IMG/VR virus record: IMGVR_UViG_2698536571_000010
Strand: one strand, 5' to 3'
Length of the DNA: 6,515 bases
From: a virus
Lineage: Duplodnaviria > Heunggongvirae > Uroviricota > Caudoviricetes
The position numbers and the translations under genes are program-made. The notes under the pieces were generated by a model, which saw nothing but the letters and a program-made list of their open reading frames with translations, did not search any database and was not told the origin of the DNA. Of the stretch, positions 1-5,699 are shown in pieces. Every line of letters starts with the position of its first letter. The stretch's first letter is position 1.

Positions 1-98
1 GGGGAATATCTCCCCGGCAGCCTTCAGGGAAAAATATCATCAGATGGCTGCTTAAAAAAAGAACAAATGGTAGTGTCCGCTATTGCCAGTACACCTCA
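1..98. repeat. Left arm of a perfect 98-bp terminal inverted repeat (partner at 6418..6515)
   Basis: Positions 1-98 are the exact reverse complement of 6418-6515; identity breaks at position 99 versus 6417. The arm contains an ATG at 67-69 in a frame that is open from position 1. Confidence 0.9.
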
Positions 99-282
99 GG
101 ATAGCGGTCATGTGATGCCGGTTTCCCGGTAACTCAGCACCGGTATCTGAGTCAACGTTTTCTCTACTGGGTCATTTCCGATACGCCCTGCCTGCTGACA
201 GGCTTTCATCACATCTGAAAATATAGCACCCTGACTGATACTGTAGTACCTAAGGTTCCAGAAACTGTGATGTATCCGGCAC

Positions 283-305
283 AGAAAAGCCCCTCCGGAG
301 AGGGC
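283..305 (-). terminator. Possible weak intrinsic terminator (minus strand)
   Basis: Minus-strand hairpin CCCTC/GAGGG (5-bp stem, 4-nt loop; plus 291-304) followed by TTTTCT (plus 283-288). Stem is short. Confidence 0.3.
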
Positions 306-502
306 TGGAGAGTGGCGCTATGTGCCATTGCATGATGCCGGGTGCCTCCCGGTGAATTCAGTACCAGCACCTGAATCCGCGATTATCCCATATACCTACT
401 CGCTGATTGCCCCTCCGCACAGGGGGATTCACCATGCCAGTTTCTTTTAACAAACTCCCCGCAAAACAGACAACTGTCAACCGTCTGAATTGTGAGACAT
501 TT

Positions 503-528
503 AAAAAAAAGGCCCGCAAAAGCGAGCC
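503..528 (-). terminator. Intrinsic terminator just downstream of the tRNA cluster
   Basis: Minus-strand hairpin GGCTCGC-TTTT-GCGGGCC (7-bp stem with one G-U pair; plus 511-528) followed directly by T8 (plus 503-510), 15 nt after the tRNA-Arg 3' end. Confidence 0.6.
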
Positions 529-542
529 AGGGAAAATAAGTG

Positions 543-619
543 TGGCGCGTTGTACTGGATTCGAACCAGTGACCGATTGCTTAGAAGGCAATTGCTCTGT
601 CCGGCTGAGCTAACAACGC
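543..619 (-). tRNA. tRNA-Arg, anticodon UCU (reads AGA/AGG)
   Basis: 77-nt cloverleaf folded by hand: acceptor GCGTTGT/ACAACGC, D stem GCTC/GAGC, anticodon stem ATTGC/GCAAT with loop CTTCTAA, T arm ACTGG-TTCGAAT-CCAGT, discriminator G, encoded CCA. Confidence 0.88.
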
Positions 620-632
620 ATGATGCAGATAA

Positions 633-709
633 TGGACCGCCATCGGGGACTTGAACCCCGCGCAGCCAGCTTCGAAGGCTGGCGCTCTTTCCTGATGAGC
701 TAATGGCGG
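633..709 (-). tRNA. tRNA-Arg, anticodon UCG (reads CGA/CGG)
   Basis: 77-nt cloverleaf: acceptor CCGCCAT/ATGGCGG, D stem GCTC/GAGC, anticodon stem CCAGC/GCTGG with loop CTTCGAA, T arm CGGGG-TTCAAGT-CCCCG, encoded CCA. Confidence 0.8.
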
Positions 710-716
710 TATGTGA

Positions 717-792
717 TGGTGGCCCTTGCTGGATTTGAACCAGCGACCTGGCGATTATGAGTCGCTCGCTCTCACCACTGAGCTAAAGGGCC
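717..792 (-). tRNA. tRNA-Ile2-like, anticodon CAU (lysidine type; could formally be Met)
   Basis: 76-nt cloverleaf: acceptor GGCCCTT/AAGGGCC, anticodon loop CTCATAA, T arm GCTGG-TTCAAAT-CCAGC, encoded CCA. Closely resembles E. coli ileX as I recall it. The Ile(CAU)-Arg-Arg order matches the ileZ-argN-argO cluster of Stx-type lambdoid phages. Confidence 0.8.
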
Positions 793-801
793 GGGAGCCG
801 C

Positions 802-830
802 ATAATAACGACGCGTAATTAATTCTTCAA
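802..830 (-). promoter_or_regulatory. Candidate sigma70 promoter for the tRNA cluster
   Basis: Minus strand has -35 TTGAAG (plus 825-830), 17-nt spacer, -10 TATTAT (plus 802-807), placing the start a few nt upstream of the tRNA-Ile 5' end at 792. Motif match only. Confidence 0.3.
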
Positions 831-832
831 TA

Positions 833-1891
833 TCATCCGTTCTGGCTGACTAAATCCTGTACTTCCCGAACCGTCTGCTCAAAACGTTCAGTCTCCAGCT
901 CAACGCCAATTGCACGACGCCCGAGCGCCAGTGCCGCTTTCACTGTCGAACCCAACCCCATGAAAAAATCTGCAATCAGGTCACCCGGACGACTGCTAGC
1001 GCTGATTATCTGCTGCAGCATTTCTGCCGGTTTTTCGCACGGATGTTTCCCGGGATAGAACTGCACCGGTTTATGCGTCCACACATCGGTATACGGCACC
1101 TGCACCGTCACGCCAAAATACCGCCGCAGATGTTTATATTCACTCAGCAGCTCCGCATACTGCCGGTTCAGTGAGGTATACGTATCCACCAGCTGGTGGT
1201 GGAGCTTTTCCAGTTCACCACGCCGATGCTTCTCTTCTGCCACCCGGGCAAACAGCGCCTGTAATTTCAGATAATCGCTTTCATTCGGCAACTGCCACTG
1301 ACCGGCACTGAACCAGTGCGACACCATGTTTTTCTTTCCTGTGGCATCTGCAATCTGTTTTGCCGTTATCCCCAGGGCAGCTCGCGCATCACGAAAGTAA
1401 GAAATCAGCGGGGCCATCACATGCTGTTTCAGTGCACTGCCCTTCGCCGCATACCCGGCATCTTTCGGACGATACGGCCCCTGATAATGTTCCGCGAACA
1501 GAATGCGCTCTGTGGCGGGGAAATACGCCCGCAGGCTTTCCTTGTTGCATCCGTTCCAGCGTCCGGACGGCTTCGCCCAGATAATATGGTTCAGCACACT
1601 GAAGCGTTCACGCATCATGATTTCGATATCAGATGCCAGGCGATGACCACAGAACAGGTAAAGACTTCCGGCAGGTTTCAGCACCCGCCAGAACTGCGCC
1701 AGACACTGGTCCAGCCACTTCAGGTAATCATCGTCGCCCTTCCACTGGTTATCCCAGCCCTCAGGCTTCACTTTAAAGTACGGCGGGTCCGTGACTATCA
1801 GGTCAACAGAATTTTCGGGTAACGACCGGATAAATTCCAGGCAGTCGGCGTTGATTAACTCACAACTGGATATTTTTACAGTATTAAGCAT
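833..1891 (-). CDS. Orphan DNA amino-methyltransferase (N6-adenine or N4-cytosine), beta-class
   Basis: 352-aa ORF with N-terminal catalytic motif IV (LIVTDPPY) and C-terminal AdoMet motif I (DFFMGLGST), the permuted order typical of beta-class amino-MTases. No restriction endonuclease partner is in the window. Confidence 0.85.
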   Translation of the reverse strand: MLNTVKISSCELINADCLEFIRSLPENSVDLIVTDPPYFKVKPEGWDNQWKGDDDYLKWLDQCLAQFWRVLKPAGSLYLFCGHRLASDIEIMMRERFSVLNHIIWAKPSGRWNGCNKESLRAYFPATERILFAEHYQGPYRPKDAGYAAKGSALKQHVMAPLISYFRDARAALGITAKQIADATGKKNMVSHWFSAGQWQLPNESDYLKLQALFARVAEEKHRRGELEKLHHQLVDTYTSLNRQYAELLSEYKHLRRYFGVTVQVPYTDVWTHKPVQFYPGKHPCEKPAEMLQQIISASSRPGDLIADFFMGLGSTVKAALALGRRAIGVELETERFEQTVREVQDLVSQNG

Positions 1892-1983
1892 GGATCATTA
1901 AGCCTGTCTCTGATAGGCTCATTCTGCTTTTGCGCAAAGCAGTGGGCCTGAGGTTTGCTTGTGAACCCAACGCATGAGCAGAT

Positions 1984-2014
1984 GGCTGGTGGGTGCCCCT
2001 AACACCCACCAGCC
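1984..2014. other. Perfect palindrome: 12-bp arms, 7-nt spacer
   Basis: GGCTGGTGGGTG (1984-1995), spacer cccctaa, CACCCACCAGCC (2003-2014); arms are exact reverse complements. Not followed by a T-tract on either strand. Lies between the small HTH gene and the methyltransferase gene. Confidence 0.5.
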
Positions 2015-2027
2015 GCCCATTTACCAC

Positions 2028-2055
2028 AAATAAAAAAGCCTTCACTGCGGAAGGC
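2028..2055 (-). terminator. Intrinsic terminator after the 65-aa HTH ORF
   Basis: Minus-strand hairpin GCCTTC-cgcagt-GAAGGC (6-bp stem; plus 2038-2055) followed by TTTTTTATTT (plus 2028-2037). The ORF stop codon lies inside the stem. Confidence 0.65.
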
Positions 2056-2239
2056 GTCTGTAACAACCGAACTGATAGTCTGCCAGACCCGCCATAACCA
2101 GCTGGGTCAGTATTAACTGGCAGCGTTCGCGTGAAAGGTAAGTATTCTGCGCTATCTCCCCGACTGTCGCCGGTTCGGTAACGCTTAATTCATTAAACAC
2201 CACTCTGGCGGTTTCTGTCATATCCTGCTGTTTTAGCAT
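2042..2239 (-). CDS. Small (65 aa) predicted helix-turn-helix DNA-binding protein
   Basis: ATG at 2239 preceded by AAGGA at a 6-nt spacing. The segment TVGEIAQNTYLSRERCQLILTQL looks like an HTH. Family not recognised. Confidence 0.5.
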   Translation of the reverse strand: MLKQQDMTETARVVFNELSVTEPATVGEIAQNTYLSRERCQLILTQLVMAGLADYQFGCYRRLPQ

Positions 2240-2359
2240 GTCTTTTCCTTTTCCGGTTAACGTGACACACCAATAACTCTTGTCGAAAAAGCCAGCAAGC
2301 TGAAAGACAGGTATTCACCGCCACCAGCGCGTTTACTGTACTGACGCGATTTCAGTCAT

Positions 2360-2381
2360 AAAAAACCCGCTCGGCGGCGGG
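2360..2381 (-). terminator. tR'-like intrinsic terminator downstream of the Q gene
   Basis: Minus-strand hairpin CCCGC-cgccga-GCGGG (plus 2366-2381) followed by TTTTTT (plus 2360-2365), about 45-60 nt downstream of the predicted promoter. Confidence 0.55.
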
Positions 2382-2430
2382 TTGTAGAAACTCTTCTAAC
2401 GTCAGGCATAAAACGCCCATCGTTATGACG

Positions 2431-2458
2431 AATTTACCACAGATTCCGGAAAAATCAA
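2431..2458 (-). promoter_or_regulatory. pR'-like late promoter with extended -10 (probable qut region)
   Basis: Minus strand has -35 TTGATT (plus 2453-2458), 16-nt spacer, TGG-TAAATT extended -10 (plus 2431-2439), starting 6 nt after the Q stop codon at 2464. Position immediately downstream of Q matches lambdoid pR'/qut organisation. Confidence 0.4.
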
Positions 2459-2463
2459 CCTTG

Positions 2464-3285
2464 TTACCTAGTTACCTTTTTTAACTGCCGCTCAGCCCAT
2501 GCTTCTTCAATATCAAACCGGGTCACCAGCGCATCATAAAATTTCTTAACTGTTTTTTCCCATGACGCGCGTGTTATCTGGTTTGTCACCTCGCATATAG
2601 CATTAAATGCCTCCGTTGATGGTAGTCTTTCATAGCCACGACCACCACAACGCTGGCAGTCTCTGATAACAGGCATACCACGTTTTACCGACTCTTCACG
2701 ATGAATGGCGACACCACGCCCACGGCAATCCTTACAGGCGGTGGAAACCTCACCCTTTCCGCCACACTCCGGACAGGCAACTTTTACCACCTCCCTGACT
2801 TTTTTCCATTCTTCCCAGTAAGACGGATACACACCTTTCGTACACTTTGCCCATACCGGCGGCTTACCATCCGGATACTGGATCTTGTTTGTAAAAACCT
2901 CGCTTTCAATAAATTTTTTTCCGTGACAGCAGGGGCACTGTTTTTTGCTCGCCGCGCTACGGGCATAATCTTCAAACGCATACGAAGCCATAATACGCAT
3001 CACTGCCGGTTTTATTTCTGCCGGGAGTTTTCTTAACGCCGCCACGCGATCACACCGACTGAGTGCATATTCTGTCAGCAATTCTGTTGCCCGCTCTCTG
3101 TCATTCATACTAATGCCCATTTTCCCAAGGAACGCAGAAACCCCCATCTCAGCCCGATTCTGTGTCATGCCCTGCGCGGCCATCACATCAGTGATACTCA
3201 GCGCATCTTTCGACGTTGAGGCCGATGCATCAGTCAGGCCGGGGGATTTTGGGGAGTAGTATTTCGGTAAATCTTCCAGTTTCAT
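2464..3285 (-). CDS. Late-gene antiterminator Q-like protein (zinc-finger type)
   Basis: 273-aa ORF with repeated CxxC zinc-binding motifs (CPCCHGKK, CPECGGKG, CKDCRGRG, CQRCGGRG). Its ATG overlaps the rusA stop (ATGA), and it is followed by a promoter plus terminator. Family assignment is from memory of quuQ/YdfT-type Q proteins, not a search. Confidence 0.6.
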   Translation of the reverse strand: MKLEDLPKYYSPKSPGLTDASASTSKDALSITDVMAAQGMTQNRAEMGVSAFLGKMGISMNDRERATELLTEYALSRCDRVAALRKLPAEIKPAVMRIMASYAFEDYARSAASKKQCPCCHGKKFIESEVFTNKIQYPDGKPPVWAKCTKGVYPSYWEEWKKVREVVKVACPECGGKGEVSTACKDCRGRGVAIHREESVKRGMPVIRDCQRCGGRGYERLPSTEAFNAICEVTNQITRASWEKTVKKFYDALVTRFDIEEAWAERQLKKVTR

Positions 3286-3563
3286 TTTTTGACCTGCCCT
3301 TCAAGCATTATGGGATAAATCTTCACCCCCAGACGTCCACCAGATACTGGCTGAGCACGAACGATATTGATTTCATCAAACTGCTCATCGTCCATTAGCA
3401 ACCCCGCATGCGTCAGCGCATCCAGCGGCGCTTTCAGAATATTGTCCAGGTCACGGCGGCGCTTATCCGGTGGTTCTGCAATAATTTTTATTGCCAACCT
3501 TCCGGACAGGCTTAATTTCAGCCGCTGCTGGCGAACAATAAGCGCCACTGCCCGGCGATAACG
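3282..3563 (-). CDS. rusA: RusA Holliday-junction resolvase (partial; 5' end lost in the N-run)
   Basis: The frame reads ...PPDKRRRDLDNILKAPLDALTHAGLLMDDEQFDEI...GGRLGVKI, matching the RusA catalytic core (PDRRRRDLDN...DALTKAGFWLDDAQ...GGRLELTI). It stays open up to the gap edge at 3563. Confidence 0.8.
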   Translation of the reverse strand, partial: RYRRAVALIVRQQRLKLSLSGRLAIKIIAEPPDKRRRDLDNILKAPLDALTHAGLLMDDEQFDEINIVRAQPVSGGRLGVKIYPIMLEGQVKK

Positions 3564-3770
3564 NNNNNNNNNNNNNNNNNNNNNNNNNNNNNNNNNNNNN
3601 NNNNNNNNNNNNNNNNNNNNNNNNNNNNNNNNNNNNNNNNNNNNNNNNNNNNNNNNNNNNNNNNNNNNNNNNNNNNNNNNNNNNNNNNNNNNNNNNNNNN
3701 NNNNNNNNNNNNNNNNNNNNNNNNNNNNNNNNNNNNNNNNNNNNNNNNNNNNNNNNNNNNNNNNNNNNNN
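3564..3770. other. 207-nt run of N (assembly gap or masked sequence)
   Basis: Continuous n from 3564 to 3770. It removes the 3' end of the DUF968-like gene and the 5' end of rusA. Confidence 0.95.
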
Positions 3771-4675
3771 TCAGCCTTTGTTCCCATCCCTCCCAGTCCA
3801 TGACCAATGATGTGATGCGGATCATCTGCCTGATTGCCACACGTCATGCATTTCTGCGTTTTTACCCAGCGCGTGTATACAGGCATCTCTTCCCGTTGTG
3901 ATTTCTGGCGCTGGAGATACTGAGCCGGTGACTCCGGATCAACGGCAATGCTGACCACCGTCTTTTCCTGTGGTGGGTTCTGTTGCTGGTGGACGTGAGG
4001 CAGTAACGCAATATTTTTTGTGCGCTGCTTCAGTATGCTGGTGGCTGTCTGCTCTCCCGGTATGATGTCGCTTTCACTGTACACAGAGCGAATTTTTTCC
4101 GCACGCAACCCCAGCGAACGACGTAATACCGCTTCCGGTAGCGCGTCCGCCACCTGATTGCGGACCGCCCACCAGGATAATTCAGCCAGAGATAATTCAC
4201 GCTCCTGCGTACCGCTTATTGCGTGACCGATGACGTCAATCATCCATGCTGACAGGTTTTGATGAGCAAGTTGCTCGAGTGATTCGGATGTCTGGTCACG
4301 CAGCTGGTTGTCGCAGTGCCAGCACAACACCATTGCGCCGGTACCATAACGGTGAATGACGGTTTCGCTGTGATGATAATCGCCGTGTGGCCACTGGCAG
4401 GATTTAATATGGCGCAACAGCCAGTCAGACAATGCACCAGCACCACCAGCAGCACGAATCACCCGTGCGTTACTGAAAAACGGCAGCAATGTTTTGTCTT
4501 CCACCAGCGGCTGGCGAGCGGCAGGAACGACCCCGGACGGCAGATTACGCATGCTTTTTGGTTCCGGCTCCACCAGTATTCTGCCGTTATGGAATGCTGA
4601 CATTGATTCACGGCCTGGCTTAACGATAACCAGACCGAGTTCCGGTACCAGAACAGGTCGAAGTAATACCCGCAC
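3771..4675 (-). CDS. DUF968/YdfU-like protein with HNH-like Cys/His motif (partial; 3' end in the N-run)
   Basis: Long minus-strand frame from a GTG at 4675 (GGAGG just upstream; an ATG at 4603 is the alternative start) running into the gap. Ends with CMTCGNQADDPHHIIGHGLGG just before the gap. Position upstream of rusA and Q mirrors ydfU next to quuQ in the Qin prophage. Confidence 0.5.
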
Positions 4676-4750
4676 ATTACCTCCAGATCCGTTGCTGGAA
4701 TGTGCGGGACGGACGCGTTGGCCGTTCGGAGTAAGGGAGCCTGACGGAGA

Positions 4751-5032
4751 TTATCCAGTGACGGTAGTCGAGGCTAAGGGCTTTTTTAACCTCGCATCCG
4801 CGCCTGCGGTAACACTGAATGAGCCATTCGGCCTGTTCTTCAGTGCATGGGGGATGCTGGTACCAATCAGATTTAAATGCGTGAGAGCGCCGCCCGTGCC
4901 TGCTGGCAAAGACGGCTGAATTATCAGAATTGTGTAGTCTGGAAGGCAGTGGCTGACAATAGCGCCATTCTCAACGCGCACAGTATAGAGGCCATCTTCA
5001 CTAAAAATTTCACGTAATTCTTCGATTTTCAT
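4751..5032 (-). CDS. Hypothetical small protein (93 aa) in the rem-like position
   Basis: ATG at 5032 preceded by GGAAGGA at about 8-10 nt. The N-terminal 40 aa look protein-like; the C-terminal half is G/P/T/S-rich and low-complexity, so the 3' part may be non-coding or frameshifted. Confidence 0.35.
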   Translation of the reverse strand: MKIEELREIFSEDGLYTVRVENGAIVSHCLPDYTILIIQPSLPAGTGGALTHLNLIGTSIPHALKNRPNGSFSVTAGADARLKKPLASTTVTG

Positions 5033-5114
5033 CAACAGAATCCTTCCAGATAAATAGCACTCCCCTGTTCGGGGTCCATCCCTCTTCTCCCTGCGCGCTA
5101 CTTAAGTATTTTTG

Positions 5115-5144
5115 ATTCTATTCCGGCACCATCTAAAACTTCAA
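5115..5144 (-). promoter_or_regulatory. Candidate sigma70 promoter upstream of the 93-aa ORF and DUF968 genes
   Basis: Minus strand has -35 TTGAAG (plus 5139-5144), 18-nt spacer, -10 TAGAAT (plus 5115-5120). Motif match only. Confidence 0.25.
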
Positions 5145-5152
5145 ACGCGTTG

Positions 5153-5182
5153 AAAATAAAAACAAAAACCCGCCGAAGCGGG
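5153..5182 (-). terminator. Intrinsic terminator at the 3' end of the hok mRNA
   Basis: Minus-strand hairpin CCCGC-ttcg-GCGGG (plus 5169-5182) followed by TTTTTGTTTTTATTTT (plus 5153-5168). Confidence 0.7.
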
Positions 5183-5252
5183 TTAAGTGTGGGTGCATTG
5201 AGGATGCCTGACCCATCAGAGGTGGCGAGGGATTTCTCCCCCGCCTGGTCTC

Positions 5253-5408
5253 TTACTCCTCAGGTTCGTAAGCTGTGAAGACAGCGACCTCCGTCTGGCC
5301 GGTTCGAATTCGTACCTCGCAGAGGTCTTTCCTCGTTACCAGTGCCGTCACTATGACGGTTAAACAGATGACGATCAGGGCGATTAACATCGCCTTTTGC
5401 TGCTTCAT
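5253..5408 (-). CDS. hokD: Hok-family type I toxin (51 aa, membrane-active)
   Basis: Translation MKQQKAMLIALIVICLTVIVTALVTRKDLCEVRIRTGQTEVAVFTAYEPEE has the Hok/Gef signature (single TM helix then RKDLCEVRIR) and matches HokD (RelF) as I recall it. AAGGAG sits 9 nt upstream of the ATG at 5408. Confidence 0.88.
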   Translation of the reverse strand: MKQQKAMLIALIVICLTVIVTALVTRKDLCEVRIRTGQTEVAVFTAYEPEE

Positions 5409-5580
5409 AGCCTGCTTCTCCTTGCCTTTCGGCACGTAAGAGGCTAACCTAGATTTGCCGTTCATAGATTGAGCCTCAGATTAATGTTAAGCGTCTTGCC
5501 GGACGCGTAATGTTAACTGGGGCTTTTCTCTATCTGCCTTTTGGTGTTCATGCCTGAGACAGATAGCCTCAAGCACCCGC
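5409..5580 (-). promoter_or_regulatory. hok mRNA leader (tac-like 5' end, in-frame mok-like upstream start, sokT-like antisense target region)
   Basis: The leader is near-collinear with the plasmid R1 hok mRNA leader as I recall it: 5' GCGGGTGCTTGAGGCTATCTG..., then ...AGGTTAGCCTCTTACGTGCCGAAAGGCAAGGAGAAGCAGGCTATG. An upstream ATG at 5465 is in frame with hok. A 3' sequence CCTCAATGCACCC (plus 5191-5206) is complementary to the 5' end, consistent with an fbi-tac pairing. Confidence 0.6.
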
Positions 5581-5584
5581 TGCA

Positions 5585-5612
5585 ATTCTACTTAACTCTC
5601 CTTTTCCCGCAA
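5585..5612 (-). promoter_or_regulatory. Candidate hok promoter
   Basis: Minus strand has -35 TTGCGG (plus 5607-5612), 16-nt spacer, -10 TAGAAT (plus 5585-5590), placing the start at the GCGGGTGCTTGAGG tac-like 5' end. Confidence 0.4.
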
Positions 5613-5699
5613 ACCGTTTTTATCCCCAGCGGCAAATCGAATACACCACCAGCGCCACCGCCATCGCAATTCCTACCGTTGTTAATGCTTCAGGCCAGG

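Noticed and set aside
1-132. Plus-strand ORF reading inward from the left edge (ATG at 67, stop at 130-132)
   Set aside because: The first 98 nt are just the inverted-repeat copy of the cassette gene start; the frame ends 11 codons after the repeat. Treated as a duplicated 5' fragment, not a gene.
99-542. Shiga toxin stxA/stxB downstream of the tRNA cluster
   Set aside because: No ORF of suitable size or orientation exists in this segment.
358-613. ORFs 358..591 (-) and 407..613 (+) from the six-frame track
   Set aside because: Both overlap the tRNA-Arg gene and its terminator and have no ribosome-binding site; their translations look like chance frames.
1316-1822. Plus-strand ORFs 1316..1822 and 1360..1584
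   Set aside because: They lie antisense inside the well-supported methyltransferase gene and have low-complexity composition.
1884-2066. Minus-strand ORF 1884..2066 (60 aa)
   Set aside because: It spans an intrinsic terminator and the 12-bp-arm palindrome and overlaps the methyltransferase start region.
2701-3036. ORFs 2701..3036 (+) and 2784..2981 (-)
   Set aside because: Both are embedded in the Q-like gene in other frames or on the antisense strand.
3216-3561. Plus-strand ORFs 3216..3398 and 3367..3561
   Set aside because: Antisense to rusA and the Q gene start; no start signals.
3463-4675. Track ORFs 3463..3840 and 3518..4675 read through the N-run
   Set aside because: Translation across 69 unknown codons is meaningless; only 3771..4675 is kept as a partial gene, and 3518-3563 is assigned to rusA in a different frame.
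4240-4919. ORFs 4240..4455 (-), 4316..4600 (+), 4459..4677 (-), 4494..4919 (+)
   Set aside because: Alternative-frame or antisense ORFs overlapping the DUF968-like gene and the 93-aa ORF; odd composition and no good start signals.
5620-5664. 14-codon ORF MAVALVVYSICRWG with AGGA 6 nt upstream, between the cassette and the hok promoter
   Set aside because: Too short to support from sequence alone; noted as a possible leader peptide but not called.
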